From an uncultured delta proteobacterium (GTDB lineage Bacteria; Myxococcota_A; Polyangia; Fen-1088), in the NCBI GenBank assembly GCA_963796685.1, contig CAWCMR010000025.1:256001-320000 (forward strand): a stretch of DNA of 64,000 nt, read 5' to 3'. Shown here piece by piece: positions 49,779 to 60,440 of this stretch (its first letter is position 1; each line of letters starts with the position of its first letter). The notes under the pieces are model-generated. The model ran no database searches and was not told the DNA's origin. It saw nothing but the letters and a program-made list of their open reading frames with translations. A program made the translations under genes and the position numbers.

Positions 49779-50183
49779 CTAATGTCCGCGCAGGCTCTTG
49801 AGCAAGGCGAAGTAATCGCTGCGCGAGTAGGGCCGGTTGAGGATGTGGAACTCCTTCTTGGCCAGGCCTACGCAGCCAAAACAGTAGTTGCAGTCGGTGC
49901 AGAAGAAACAGCGCAAAAGGTAGGCCGAGTGGGTGCTGCCCACCGCGTCCTCGCAGTGCGAACAGTCGTGGCACCCCACGCAACGCAGGCAGTGCCCGCT
50001 GCCCGTGGTGGCCTCGCAGTCCTCGCAGTGCGTGCATCGGTAGCAGTTGTGGCACCCCTTGCAGAACATGCAGTGCACCGAGCCGGTGCAGCGCTCGCTG
50101 CGAAAGCTACCCAGGTTCTGATCGGCCACGCCGAGCTCGCGCTGCAGGCGAAGGAGCTCGGCGTCGAACTCGGAGCGATTCAT
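49779..50183 (-). CDS. Small Cys-rich (Cxx)n repeat protein
   Basis: 18 Cys, mostly at 3-residue spacing; ends [24 protein letters not shown]; no signal peptide. Confidence 0.8.
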   Translation of the reverse strand: MNRSEFDAELLRLQRELGVADQNLGSFRSERCTGSVHCMFCKGCHNCYRCTHCEDCEATTGSGHCLRCVGCHDCSHCEDAVGSTHSAYLLRCFFCTDCNYCFGCVGLAKKEFHILNRPYSRSDYFALLKSLRGH

Positions 50184-50259
50184 GGACGGCGACTATACAG
50201 CGAGTCACGACAAAGGAGCACGATCTGTGGCCCGAGCCTGAAGTGCCTGCAGCCTGCGC

Positions 50260-50287
50260 TTGCAGCGTCCTCGCCGCTCCCTATAAT
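50260..50287 (+). promoter_or_regulatory. Sigma70-like promoter for the EF-G paralog
   Basis: TTGCAG (50260-50265), 16-nt spacer, TATAAT (50282-50287); the ATG is 10 nt downstream with no SD. Confidence 0.5.
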
Positions 50288-50297
50288 CCCGCCTTCC

Positions 50298-52391
50298 ATG
50301 TCCGACCCAGGCCCGAGTCCCGAAGCCAAAGCGAAGAAGCCCTCCCGGCTGACCCGCGTGCGCAACATCGGCATCTGCGCCCATATCGATGCCGGCAAGA
50401 CCACGGTCAGCGAGCGCTTCCTCTACTACGCCGGGCGCATCCACAAGATCGGCGAGGTCCACGACGGCGAAGCGCAGATGGACTGGATGCCACAGGAGCG
50501 CGAGCGCGGCATCACCATCACCGCCGCGGCCACCACGCTCGAATGGCGCGGGCACGACGTTCACCTCATCGACACACCGGGGCATGTGGATTTCACCATC
50601 GAGGTCGAGCGCTCGCTGCGCGTGCTCGACGGTGCGGTGGTCGTGTTCTGCGGCGTCTCGGGCGTCGAGCCGCAGTCGGAGACCGTGTGGCACCAGGCGG
50701 ACAACTTCCACGTGCCGCGGCTGGCGTTCGTGAACAAGATGGATCGTCCGGGCGCGGATTTTCAGGCCGTGGTCGACGAGATTCGCGAGCGCCTGGCCGC
50801 GCGTCCCGTGCCCGTGCAGCTCCCCATCGGCGCGGAGGATCAATTCACCGGCGTGGTGGATCTCATCCGGGAACGCGCCATCTATTTCTCCGGCGCCGAG
50901 GACGATCCGCCGCGCGAGGACAGCGTGCCCGCGGCCATGGCCGACGCGGTGGCGGCGGCGCGCGAAAAGCTCATCGAGGCCGCCGCCGATTTCGACGACA
51001 GCATCGCGACCGCGTACCTCGAAGGTAAAACCATCGAGCCCGCCGCGCTGATCGCGGCCCTGCGCGCGGGCACGCTTCGTTGTGGCCTCGTGCCCGTGCT
51101 GGCCGGCTCGGCCCTGCGCAACAAGGGCGTCCAGCCGCTGCTCGACGCCGTGTGCGACTTCTTGCCCGCACCCACCGAAGTCCCGCCCATCCAGGGCACG
51201 GATCCCACGTCCGGCCAGCCGACGACACGGCCACCCGAGGACACGGCCCCCTTCTGCGCCCTGGCCTTCAAGGTCGCCATGGACGAGGGCCGCAAGACGG
51301 TTTTCCTGCGCATCTACTCGGGGGTGCTGCGGCCCGGTGACGAGGTCCAAAATGCGCGCACCAGGCGCAACGAAAAGGTCGCCCGCCTCTTCTCCGTGCA
51401 TGCCAATCGACGCGAGCGCATCGAGCGCGCCGGTGCCGGCAGCATCGTGGTTGCCATGGGGCTCAAGGATGCGGGTACTGGCGACACCGTGTATGCGCCC
51501 AAGGCGCCCATCCTGCTCGGACGCATCGACGCCCACGAGCCGGTCATCGCGCGCGCCATCGAGCCCAAGACCCAGGCCGAGAAGGAGAAGCTCGACTTCG
51601 GTCTGAGCAAACTGGCGGACGAAGACCCGACCTTCCGCTTCGGCGAAGATCCCGAGACCGGCCAGACCATCATCCGCGGCATGGGCGAGCTTCACCTCGA
51701 CATCATGGCGGATCGCTTGCGCCGCGAGTACGGCGTGGAGGCCACCGTGGGACGGCCGCAAGTCGTGTACCGGGAAACCCTGGCCGGCGCTGCCGAGGCC
51801 GAGGCGCGTTTCGAGCGTCAAATCGATAACGAAACCCTGTTCGGACAGGCCCGCGTGCGCGTGGCCGCACGACCGCGCGGCAGCGGCAACGTGGTGAAGC
51901 TGGCCATGGTTCCGCCCGAGCAGGTTCCCGGCGCGCCCAAGATCCCCGAGCCCCCGCGCGCCATCCTCGAGGCCGCGCTGGAAGGCGCCGCCGAGGCCAT
52001 GCGCTCGGGGCCGGAGGGCTATCCCTTCGAGGACATCGAGGTCGTGGTCACCGGTATCGAGTATCGGCCGGACGCTTCGACGCCGGCCGGACAAAAGGCC
52101 GCCGTGGGCGAAGCCCTGCGCCAGGCCTCGCGCGAAGCAGGCACGCGCCTGCTCGAACCCATCATGAAGGTCGAGGTCACCGCACCCGAGGCCAACGTGG
52201 GCGATGTGCTCGGCGATCTCAACGCGCGCCACGCCCGCATCGAGGACGTGGGCGTGCGCGGTAACCAGCGCTTGGTGGTGGCCAAGGTCCCCTTGCGTCG
52301 CATGTTCGGTTACTCCACCGATCTGCGCTCGGCCACCCAGGGCCGCGCCAACTACACCATGCAGTTCGAAACCTTCGACGCTTGGGAGTAG
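50298..52391 (+). CDS. fusA: Elongation factor G paralog (stand-alone)
   Basis: [55 protein letters not shown]; no rpsL/rpsG/tuf neighbours. Confidence 0.95.
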   Translation: MSDPGPSPEAKAKKPSRLTRVRNIGICAHIDAGKTTVSERFLYYAGRIHKIGEVHDGEAQMDWMPQERERGITITAAATTLEWRGHDVHLIDTPGHVDFTIEVERSLRVLDGAVVVFCGVSGVEPQSETVWHQADNFHVPRLAFVNKMDRPGADFQAVVDEIRERLAARPVPVQLPIGAEDQFTGVVDLIRERAIYFSGAEDDPPREDSVPAAMADAVAAAREKLIEAAADFDDSIATAYLEGKTIEPAALIAALRAGTLRCGLVPVLAGSALRNKGVQPLLDAVCDFLPAPTEVPPIQGTDPTSGQPTTRPPEDTAPFCALAFKVAMDEGRKTVFLRIYSGVLRPGDEVQNARTRRNEKVARLFSVHANRRERIERAGAGSIVVAMGLKDAGTGDTVYAPKAPILLGRIDAHEPVIARAIEPKTQAEKEKLDFGLSKLADEDPTFRFGEDPETGQTIIRGMGELHLDIMADRLRREYGVEATVGRPQVVYRETLAGAAEAEARFERQIDNETLFGQARVRVAARPRGSGNVVKLAMVPPEQVPGAPKIPEPPRAILEAALEGAAEAMRSGPEGYPFEDIEVVVTGIEYRPDASTPAGQKAAVGEALRQASREAGTRLLEPIMKVEVTAPEANVGDVLGDLNARHARIEDVGVRGNQRLVVAKVPLRRMFGYSTDLRSATQGRANYTMQFETFDAWE

Positions 52392-54256
52392 CCGGGGGCC
52401 AACCTTCGGACCACGACGATGGACATGTCGTCCTCTTGCGGTCCGGGCGCCCAGCCCCGGCATTCGCGTAGAATCTCGCTGCACATGGCTTGCGCCGGCT
52501 TGTCGCGCAGCCGCTCGACCGCGGCGCACAGCCGGTCGAGCCCATAGGCATCCCGATGCGAGGCGCCGGCCTCGACCATGCCGTCCGAATGAAAGACCAG
52601 AAGATCGCCGGGTTCCAGCTTTCCGCTGCTCTCGCGAAGGTATCGATCGACTTGGTCGTTGATACCCATCCACGGACCCAGGGTATCGATGACCTCGCAC
52701 TTTTCACTCGCCGCGCGCAGAACGAGCATGGGCTCGTGTCCGCCGGCGAACACATAGGTGCCGTCGTGCATGACGTGCATGAGCACCAAGGTCGCGTGAT
52801 CGTCGCCGCCCATGCGGCGGCGAATGTTCTCGACCAACAATCGATTCGTCGCTTTCAGGATCTCCCTCGGAGGTGCGCCCGGCATATGGATGGCCAGGGC
52901 GGCCAGGGCGCTTTGCAACATCAGCATAACCAACCCAGCCGTCAGGCCGTGGCCCGAGACGTCCCCGGCGGCAATCCAGAACCCGGATGGCGTCGGCAAC
53001 ACTTCATAGTAGTCGCCTCCGACCGCCTCCGCGGGCCGCATCTCGGCCGCGATTTCGAAACCGGCGACGTCGAAACACTTGGGAAGAATCCCGACCTGGA
53101 TGCGTTCCGCGATTTCCAGCTCTTGGCGAAAGCGCGCCAGCACGACTTGCTCCTTCTCGCGCTCACGCAGGGCATCGGCCTGATTTCGCAGCTGCGCAAC
53201 CATCGCTCCCACCATCGTCACGAGATCGGTCACCTCACGGGCGTCCCACCGCGCCGACGATGGCGGTGCGACGCCCTCTCCGCCCGCCACGCGAAGCGTG
53301 TAGCGCGCGAGCTTGCTGATCGGCCGGGCCAGCCACGACGACAGGACGTAGGCAAACATCACGCCCAGGAGCAGGGCACCGAACACGGCGATGAGCGTGC
53401 TGATCCTGGCGTGACTCGCCTCCTCCTCGATCTTCCATGTCGGTCGCATGACGGCGATCGTCCAACCGAGCCGCGGGTCGGCCACGCGTGCGATGGCCGC
53501 CCGTACCGATTCGCCCTGTTCGTCGCGGCCAGTGCGCAGCAACGCCTCGCCGGGGGGAACGTCCGCGTACATCTCGACGGCGGAAAGATCGGCGAGCGGG
53601 CGCTGCCCCCGTGGATTGGAGTCCACGACGACGCGCATGCGCGTGTCGAGAACGCGCGCCTGCATATCGCCAAACACCTCCACCGATTGGGTCGTCAGCT
53701 CTTGCAGATAGCCCAGCCCAATCGCTCCCACCACGGCCCCCTGCAATTTCCTGGAGTCGGCGTCGGCTGAGGACCAGATAGGCGCGCACACGTGAATCGT
53801 CGGAACCCCGGTGTACTTTCCGATCTCGACCCCGGAAAGCGTGGTTTGCTGCGTGCGCAGCATGTCTCGATAGTATTCGCGGTCGCCGACCCCACCCGTG
53901 ACTGCATGCGGCGGGTCCCCGGTTAGAGGGTAGCCGTCAAGCCTGGACGCGAACACGCCGAGGCACGAGGGAAAGGCCGTGCAGTGCTCGTGCAGCAGCG
54001 TGTGCATCAAATCGAGGTCGAAAGAACCGTACGCGCCGATCTGGTTGGCTATCGTCACCAATTCGCGAACGCTGACATCGAACGCCTCGCCTATGGCGCG
54101 CGCGATGGACTCCGCCGCAAAACGCAGATCCTTGTCGGCGGCCTGCCGTTGGACATCCCGCCATCGGGCGACTTGCGTCGGTCCGAGATACGCGATGGGC
54201 GCCAGCATGCCGATGGACAGTGAGGCGAAGAGATATGTGCGCAGTGAGAGTCGCAC
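52352..54256 (-). CDS. Cache + HAMP + SpoIIE/PP2C-type phosphatase
   Basis: Two TM segments around a Cache-like region (DREYY), HAMP (ARPISKL), VGGDYY, GDVSGHG, SDGMVEA, EDDMS. Confidence 0.92.
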   Translation of the reverse strand: MRLSLRTYLFASLSIGMLAPIAYLGPTQVARWRDVQRQAADKDLRFAAESIARAIGEAFDVSVRELVTIANQIGAYGSFDLDLMHTLLHEHCTAFPSCLGVFASRLDGYPLTGDPPHAVTGGVGDREYYRDMLRTQQTTLSGVEIGKYTGVPTIHVCAPIWSSADADSRKLQGAVVGAIGLGYLQELTTQSVEVFGDMQARVLDTRMRVVVDSNPRGQRPLADLSAVEMYADVPPGEALLRTGRDEQGESVRAAIARVADPRLGWTIAVMRPTWKIEEEASHARISTLIAVFGALLLGVMFAYVLSSWLARPISKLARYTLRVAGGEGVAPPSSARWDAREVTDLVTMVGAMVAQLRNQADALREREKEQVVLARFRQELEIAERIQVGILPKCFDVAGFEIAAEMRPAEAVGGDYYEVLPTPSGFWIAAGDVSGHGLTAGLVMLMLQSALAALAIHMPGAPPREILKATNRLLVENIRRRMGGDDHATLVLMHVMHDGTYVFAGGHEPMLVLRAASEKCEVIDTLGPWMGINDQVDRYLRESSGKLEPGDLLVFHSDGMVEAGASHRDAYGLDRLCAAVERLRDKPAQAMCSEILRECRGWAPGPQEDDMSIVVVRRLAPGYSQASKVSNCMV

Positions 54257-54304
54257 TGGGACAGGGCCAAGTGTAGGTGCGGCCGAGCAAAAACGCGAGG
54301 GCTG

Positions 54305-55309
54305 CTAAGGTGCTTCCCACCGTCCCGAACGGGCCGAACGAAAAACCGCGTCGATGACGCGCATGTTGGCCACCGCGTCCTCGATGGGCACCGGGGCGGG
54401 ATCGCCCTTGGCGATGGCTTCGCAGAAGCGATCGCACTGAACGCCCCACTGATCGCAAGGCGGAAAACCGATCTCCTCGGCTTGGCGCGCGTCGTCCTCG
54501 ACGACGAGGCGGCTTGGCCGCTCGGCGGGCATGCTCCACGGAATTTCGACGCCGATGCGACCGCGGGTCCCGAGAATGTCCAGGTTCTGGTAGGGGGCAA
54601 GTTGGGTGGAGCACGTGAAGATGGTGTGTCCGTGAGGAAATTCCAAGATGGCCGAGGCCAATCGATCGACGCCGAACCTGGGATCGATTTCGAGCAGCCC
54701 CATCGTGCGCACGGGCTCCGCCTCGAAGAGGAAGCGCGACATGGTGATGGGGTAGAACCCGATGTCGAGCAGTCCGCCGCCGCCCATGTCGGGTTGGTGG
54801 CGCACGTTCGCGGGCGAGTCGTTGAAGTAGGAGAAGAAACCCGTCACCGCGCGCAACTCGCCGATGCGACCGCTGCGCACAATCTCACGCGCGCCCAACC
54901 AGCGCGGGTGCGTGCGTACCATGGCTGCTTCTTGCACGAGCTTTCCCGTGCGCTCGCGCGCGGCGACGAGCTCGGCGGCCTCGGCCGCGTCGCGCGCGAT
55001 GGGCTTTTCGCACAGTACGTGCTTGCCCGCCTCCAGCGCGCGGATCGACCACGGCACGTGCAGATGGTTGGGCAGCGGGATGTAGACGGCCTCGACCTCG
55101 GCATCGGCCAGCAGCTCTTCATAGGATCCGTAGGCGCGCGGGATGGCGAGGCGCGCCGCTGCGGCCTTTGCCTTGTCCTTCGTTCGCGAGGCGATGGCCA
55201 CCACACGCCCGGTGTGGCCGGCGGCAATGGCCGGAACGACCTTGTCGAGCGCGATCTTGGCCACGCCCAGAATACCCCAGCGTATTCGTCTTTCGTTCGT
55301 TGGTTCCAT
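54305..55309 (-). CDS. Gfo/Idh/MocA family oxidoreductase
   Basis: IRWGILG, YIPLPNHLH, GKHVLCEKP, GGGGLLDIGFY. Confidence 0.95.
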   Translation of the reverse strand: MEPTNERRIRWGILGVAKIALDKVVPAIAAGHTGRVVAIASRTKDKAKAAAARLAIPRAYGSYEELLADAEVEAVYIPLPNHLHVPWSIRALEAGKHVLCEKPIARDAAEAAELVAARERTGKLVQEAAMVRTHPRWLGAREIVRSGRIGELRAVTGFFSYFNDSPANVRHQPDMGGGGLLDIGFYPITMSRFLFEAEPVRTMGLLEIDPRFGVDRLASAILEFPHGHTIFTCSTQLAPYQNLDILGTRGRIGVEIPWSMPAERPSRLVVEDDARQAEEIGFPPCDQWGVQCDRFCEAIAKGDPAPVPIEDAVANMRVIDAVFRSARSGRWEAP

Positions 55310-55378
55310 GGCGACCTTTCGATTGTCTCACGCGGAAGCGGGGTTCATGTTGTATAGACTCATCTTGACGAGGAATGC

Positions 55379-55963
55379 GTGACCAACCATCGAGAAGCCA
55401 TGTCCGCGGCGGTCGCGGCCCTGCTCCGGGCTGCGGGCCTCGATCCGGCCGGCGACGCGGACTTGAAGCAGACTCCCGAGCGGGTGGCCAAGTTGTGGCA
55501 AGAGGAGTTTCTCGCGGGCTATGCCATGGATCCGGCCAAAATTCTCGGCGATCTGGTGGTGGGAGAAACCGATCCGGATGTGGTCATCGTCAGTGGCTTG
55601 CGCTTTCATGCCATGTGTCCCCACCATCTTGTCCCCTTTCGCGGCGTCGCGCACCTGGCCTACATCCCGGCGGGCAAGCTGGCCGGATTCGGGCGGCTTG
55701 CCGATCTGGTCGAGTGCTTCACCAAACGCCTGACCCTGCAGGAACGCGCCACCCACCAGATCGCAGAGGCCCTGTGGCAAGGCACGGGCGCGCGCGGCGC
55801 CGGCTGTGTGATGGAGGCAGAACAACTTTGTCTGGCCCTGCCGGGCGAACGCCATGACAAGTCCGGTGTCCTCACCAGCGCATTTGTCGGAGAGATGCAG
55901 ACACGCCCGGATTTGAAGGCGCGCCTGCTCGCCGCCGCTCACCCCGAAGGCAAGGAGCGCTAG
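55379..55963 (+). CDS. folE: GTP cyclohydrolase I (FolE)-like protein, divergent active site
   Basis: TPERVA, MCPHHLVPF, AHLAYIP, RLTLQER, EAEQLC. Start at 55379 (GTG) or 55400 (ATG). Confidence 0.82.
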   Translation: MTNHREAMSAAVAALLRAAGLDPAGDADLKQTPERVAKLWQEEFLAGYAMDPAKILGDLVVGETDPDVVIVSGLRFHAMCPHHLVPFRGVAHLAYIPAGKLAGFGRLADLVECFTKRLTLQERATHQIAEALWQGTGARGAGCVMEAEQLCLALPGERHDKSGVLTSAFVGEMQTRPDLKARLLAAAHPEGKER

Positions 55964-55964
55964 C

Positions 55965-56666
55965 ATGGCCCGGCTCGACGGACGTGTGGCAGTCGTCACG
56001 GGTGCCTCGCGCGGCATCGGACGGGCCATCGCGGTGTCCTTCGCGAAAAGCGGAGCCCGGGTGGCCGGCTGCGCTCTCGGCACCCGGGCCGGCAGCTTTC
56101 TCGACGATCTCGCCCCGGACCAGCAAAGCCGGTGCATGCACGCAACGTGCGACGTGCGTGTGCAGGGCGAGATCCTTCGCTTTCGCGATGAGGTGCTGAC
56201 CAAGCTTGGTGCGCCCGACGTGGTGGTCAACAACGCGGGCGTGGTGGCCCGGCAATCCTTCTCGAGCATGGCCATGGAGACCTGGAACGACGTCCTGGCA
56301 TCCAATCTTACGGGGACTTTCCTCGTGACCCAGGCTTTCCTTCCGTCCATGCAATCGCGGCACAGCGGGCGCATCATCAACCTGGATTCGATCGCCGGCC
56401 GCAGCGGGACAGCCATGTTGTCCGCCTATTGCGCGGCCAAGCACGGCGTCGTCGGGCTGACGCGCGCCTTGGCCGAGGAGCTGCGCAGCGTCGGAATTGT
56501 CATCAATGCCATCTGTCCCGGCTCGGTCGACACCGACATGCTCAGGCAGGGCATGCCGGGGGAAACGCCCAAGATGACCGTGGAAGATGTCGCGCGCGTG
56601 GCCCTGTTTCTCGCGGCGGATGCGCCACCGGCCCTCACTGGAGCGTGCATCGATGTCTTCGGATAA
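55965..56666 (+). CDS. SDR family NAD(P)-dependent oxidoreductase
   Basis: TGASRGIG, NNAG, YCAAK, NAICPG; starts 1 nt after the folE stop. Confidence 0.93.
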   Translation: MARLDGRVAVVTGASRGIGRAIAVSFAKSGARVAGCALGTRAGSFLDDLAPDQQSRCMHATCDVRVQGEILRFRDEVLTKLGAPDVVVNNAGVVARQSFSSMAMETWNDVLASNLTGTFLVTQAFLPSMQSRHSGRIINLDSIAGRSGTAMLSAYCAAKHGVVGLTRALAEELRSVGIVINAICPGSVDTDMLRQGMPGETPKMTVEDVARVALFLAADAPPALTGACIDVFG

Positions 56667-57330
56667 GACGGCCTCCTCGCGTGGACTCGGACGGGCGCTG
56701 CGACGTCTGCCCCTGTTTCCCCTCGAGGACGTGGTGTTGTTTCCCCACTCCATGATTCCCTTGCACATCTTCGAGGCGCGCTACCGCAAGATGGTCCGCG
56801 ACGTGCTCGGATCCAACCGACTGTTGGCCATCAGCCTACAGCTCGAAAAGGAAAGCCTGGAGGAGGGCAACATCCCGCGCGTGGCGAGCGTCGCATCCGT
56901 AGGCGAGCTCATCCTGGCCCAGGAGCTGCCCGACGGACGCTTCAACCTGGTCGTGCGTGGCCGGGCGCGCATCGGTATCGATGAAGAGCTGCCGAGCAAG
57001 GAGCCGTACCGCTTGATCGCTGCGCACGAGATCCCGGACGATCCAGCCACCCTGTTGTCGGATGTCGACGAGGCCGACACCACCTTGCGCGCGCTGGTGT
57101 CGGGCCTGGCCGAATCCATCCCCGAGGGCGGAGAGCTGCTCAAACACGTGGCCGCCGCGCAGGAAACCCCAGCAGCGCTGGCCAACGTGGTCGCGGCCTC
57201 GCTCATCGCCGACGCCAAAGCCCGGCAGCGCCTGCTCGAAACCACCGATGTCTTCCAGCGCTTGGAGCGTCTGTCGAACGAAGTGGTGGCCCTCATCGAC
57301 CGGGTGGGCAAGCCCAGCCGCGCGAATTGA
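56653..57330 (+). CDS. Lon N-terminal substrate-binding domain protein (no protease domain)
   Basis: LPLFPLEDVVLFP...PLHIFEARY, LPDGRFNL, RQRLLE. Confidence 0.9.
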   Translation: MSSDKTASSRGLGRALRRLPLFPLEDVVLFPHSMIPLHIFEARYRKMVRDVLGSNRLLAISLQLEKESLEEGNIPRVASVASVGELILAQELPDGRFNLVVRGRARIGIDEELPSKEPYRLIAAHEIPDDPATLLSDVDEADTTLRALVSGLAESIPEGGELLKHVAAAQETPAALANVVAASLIADAKARQRLLETTDVFQRLERLSNEVVALIDRVGKPSRAN

Positions 57331-57402
57331 AGCAGAACAGCGGCCTGCGGCACTTTGGGCGTGCGCCGGGTATACTGAACGCGAAGGAGAGGCCGGCCCG
57401 CT

Positions 57403-57948
57403 ATGAATTCCTCAATCTATCGAGCGTTCGAATCGTTCCTTCTCTTCGCCGTGCTGCTTTGGACGACGGTGGCGCAGGGGTGTGCAAGCAAAGCCAATCC
57501 CGTTTTGCCCTCGACGGGAGATCCCACTCAAGGCGGCCTTGTCGGAAGTGCGGTAATCGACAGTGCAGCGGCCGATGTCCTGCCAACAAGCGATGTTCAG
57601 GAAGATGCTGCGGACTCGGCCGCACCCAACGGACCCTGCGACTTATTCACGTACATGCAAACGCAGAAGGGCTGCCCGACAAGCCCGATACTCCAGGCCT
57701 GCTACCCCGTCAGTGGGTCGGGAAGATGCGAAGATGCCGGCGCCCAAGGCCTGCTCAACCCGTGCGTGCCCAGCGGTACCAGCGACGATACAACGACAAG
57801 ATGTGCTCCCGGATTGGCCTGCATTTCAGACCCAAACATGGGGCCAGTCTGTTTCCTTCTTTGCGATGCCAACCAGCTGGCATGCGACGGTGGCAGTCGT
57901 TGTGTTCGCATTGGGCCCACGAGCGCGGTGGGCACGTGCCAGCTGTAG
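57403..57948 (+). CDS. Small Cys-rich lipoprotein
   Basis: Lipobox AQGC; CDL...GC...AC...C...PC...CAPGLAC...C...C pattern; AGGAG SD. Confidence 0.75.
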   Translation: MNSSIYRAFESFLLFAVLLWTTVAQGCASKANPVLPSTGDPTQGGLVGSAVIDSAAADVLPTSDVQEDAADSAAPNGPCDLFTYMQTQKGCPTSPILQACYPVSGSGRCEDAGAQGLLNPCVPSGTSDDTTTRCAPGLACISDPNMGPVCFLLCDANQLACDGGSRCVRIGPTSAVGTCQL

Positions 57949-57949
57949 T

Positions 57950-59155
57950 CTAGTCTTTCGTCAGCGCCGGTCCCAACGAGACCGCATCGACCACGGCCAG
58001 GGCCAAGGCCAGTCCGTGTTCCAGGTAGGGCTCCGCCGCGATCAACTTGCGCGCCACATAGCCGGCCAGATCGAGGCGCGGGTGCAGGGACAAGACCAAG
58101 GTCGCGTGGCCGGCCGGCTTTGCAGGCAAGACGTCGATCCCCATCACCGCGCCCTGGGTATCGCCTTCCACCATGCGGGCACGCCACGGCCGCGGCCAAA
58201 CCTTCCACGTCCCGTCGAGCGAGAAGACGGGCAGATTGCTATCCACCTGCCAGCACAGGGTCGCGGGGTCCTTGCACGCGTCGGGGCGACCGCTCACGGG
58301 CGCGATCTTCCTCCATCCCGGCAAGGAGACGAATGGCTTCGGCTGCATGACCCGTCGAACGACCTGCTCGGCCGGCGCCGATACGTGCACGGCGACCTCC
58401 ACCCGCGCGAGACGTCCGTCCGCGCGACTTCGCACCGCTGCCAGGACCCGGGTGCCCTTGGCGTAGACATTGGCGGCATTGCCGGTCACCTCGCCGTTCA
58501 GGCTGGCGGGGTCGGGCGCGGCCATGGCGGCGGTCGGGCGGGCGGGCGACGCGCCTTCGGCCAGGCCGGCGAGCGACTTGAGCATGACGTAGACCGCGGC
58601 CACGGTGATGGCCGGCTCGGCAAGAGGTGCGTGCCGGACGATCTGGCGTGTGGCCCAGTTCGCGTCGCGCACGTTGGCGAAGCCGTCGATGGTCAACACC
58701 GACTGCTCCTTGGCTCCGGACCGCGCCTTTCGGACGCCGAGATGAAAGAGGCCGGGAGAAAAGTCCCCTTCCACGAGAGTGAGATCCACACCGCCCGGCC
58801 CCGGCTGCAGCCAAAGCTTGCCCTTCAGGTTGGAAATCGGAACCTCCAATTCCCAGGCGACCTCAAGGTCGGTCACGCCCGGTTTGCGTTCGCGCCTCGA
58901 CACGACCTCGACGCGGCGAAAGGATGGCATGGCCTTGGCGTAGGCGCCCGGATCCGCAACGATCTGCCGAACTTTGTCCACGGGCGCCGAGACCCGCGTA
59001 GCCAAGAGCACGTGCACCGGGCGTGCTCCGGCCGGGGCGTTCATGAGCACCAGATCCGCGTCGCCAAGCCGGTGGAGAGCGGCCGACACGTCCTCCGCGC
59101 TGGCCAGGCTCGCGGCGCTGGTCAGGCAAAGCAGGAATGCCGCGCCTGCGACCAT
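57950..59155 (-). CDS. Secreted hypothetical protein, probably two START/SRPBCC-like domains
   Basis: Signal peptide; two repeats beginning VSAPVDKV / VSAPAEQV followed by VEGD; fold inferred. Confidence 0.6.
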   Translation of the reverse strand: MVAGAAFLLCLTSAASLASAEDVSAALHRLGDADLVLMNAPAGARPVHVLLATRVSAPVDKVRQIVADPGAYAKAMPSFRRVEVVSRRERKPGVTDLEVAWELEVPISNLKGKLWLQPGPGGVDLTLVEGDFSPGLFHLGVRKARSGAKEQSVLTIDGFANVRDANWATRQIVRHAPLAEPAITVAAVYVMLKSLAGLAEGASPARPTAAMAAPDPASLNGEVTGNAANVYAKGTRVLAAVRSRADGRLARVEVAVHVSAPAEQVVRRVMQPKPFVSLPGWRKIAPVSGRPDACKDPATLCWQVDSNLPVFSLDGTWKVWPRPWRARMVEGDTQGAVMGIDVLPAKPAGHATLVLSLHPRLDLAGYVARKLIAAEPYLEHGLALALAVVDAVSLGPALTKD

Positions 59156-59336
59156 GTCAGGCGCCCTTCCAGCCAGGTTCGGGAGATGCTCCGCGCACGA
59201 CGCGCGCAGATTCTAGCAGCCTTTCCCGCGACTCCCGGGCAAAGGTTGACGGAGTATTGACATGGAAACCCTCGGAGGGTTTCCATACCTTCCCGCGATG
59301 GTTCGCGGCCAGCAAAGCTGGCGGCGAACCACGCGG

Positions 59337-60326
59337 CTATTTCTCGACCATCTGGTCGTAGAAGGCGAGGTACTCGTCGGGTCGGTCGCCCTCGCGCACG
59401 GCGATGGCCGAGCGCGGGTGCTCGTTGAGCATGCCGGTGATCATGTAGGGAATGCTGTAGCCCCAGTCCATCTTCTCGCGCAAGGGAAGGAATTCCTTCT
59501 CGATGCAGGCGATGACCGGACGCAGATGGAATTTGGGATTCTTGAGAAAAGCGAGCAGGAGCTCGAGCGGGCAGTTGCCCGCGCCGCGGCCGAGCCCGGC
59601 GATGGTGGCGTCCAGCCGATCGGCGCCCACGATGAGCGCCTCGATGGTGTTGGCGTACGCGAGCTGCATGTTGTTGTGGGCATGGATTCCTACGTGCTTG
59701 CCCGAGCCTTCCAGGGCGGCGAGAAAGCCCAGAACGATGTCGTGCACCTGTTCGGAATAGAGCGATCCGTTGGAATCCACCACATAGACCGTGTCGACCG
59801 GGCTCTTGGCCGAGGCTGCCAAGGCGTCCTCGATTTCGCGATCTTGCACCGAGGCGATGGACATGATGTTGAGCGACGTCTCATAGCCCTTGTCGTGCGC
59901 GTCCTTGATCATGTCGAGGGCGCCCGGGATCTGGTTGATGTAGCAGGCCACGCGCACACAATCGATCACGCTTTGATCCTTGGGCAGGATGTCGGTCTTG
60001 TAGTCGGTGCGATCCACATCGGCCATGACCGAGAGCTTGATGGTGCGCGGGCCATCGCCCACGACGCGACGGACGAGATCCTCTTCGCAAAACTTCCACT
60101 CGCCGTGCTGGCCGGCCGCGAAGAGCCGACGGGCTCCCTTGTAACCGAGCTCGCAGTAGTCGACGCCCGCGGCGACACAGGTCTCATACACCGCCCTGAC
60201 GAAAGATTCGTCGAACTTGTGATTGTTCACGAGCCCGCCGTCGCGGATGGTGCAATCGAGAATCTTGATGTCGGGCCTGTAGCTGACCCAGTTGCCCTTC
60301 GCGTCCACGTGTTTTCTGTGCAGCAT
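59337..60326 (-). CDS. HMGL-like (DRE-TIM) aldolase, 4-hydroxy-2-oxovalerate aldolase-like
   Basis: LDCTIRDGG, VDSNGS, GIHAHNN, GLGRGAGN. Confidence 0.88.
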   Translation of the reverse strand: MLHRKHVDAKGNWVSYRPDIKILDCTIRDGGLVNNHKFDESFVRAVYETCVAAGVDYCELGYKGARRLFAAGQHGEWKFCEEDLVRRVVGDGPRTIKLSVMADVDRTDYKTDILPKDQSVIDCVRVACYINQIPGALDMIKDAHDKGYETSLNIMSIASVQDREIEDALAASAKSPVDTVYVVDSNGSLYSEQVHDIVLGFLAALEGSGKHVGIHAHNNMQLAYANTIEALIVGADRLDATIAGLGRGAGNCPLELLLAFLKNPKFHLRPVIACIEKEFLPLREKMDWGYSIPYMITGMLNEHPRSAIAVREGDRPDEYLAFYDQMVEK

Positions 60327-60440
60327 CGTCGTCCACTTTCATTTGCCCGGCGTCCCCCGGCAAGGCGCCCTTCATACCACGATCGCCTGCGGCGCCAAGG
60401 CTCCGAAGTGGTACGTAGGTGCTTGACAGAAGAGGAGGCC

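Noticed and set aside
49779-50183. CKGCH and CVGCH as c-heme sites
   Set aside because: There is no export signal, and the motifs are incidental to the (Cxx)n periodicity.
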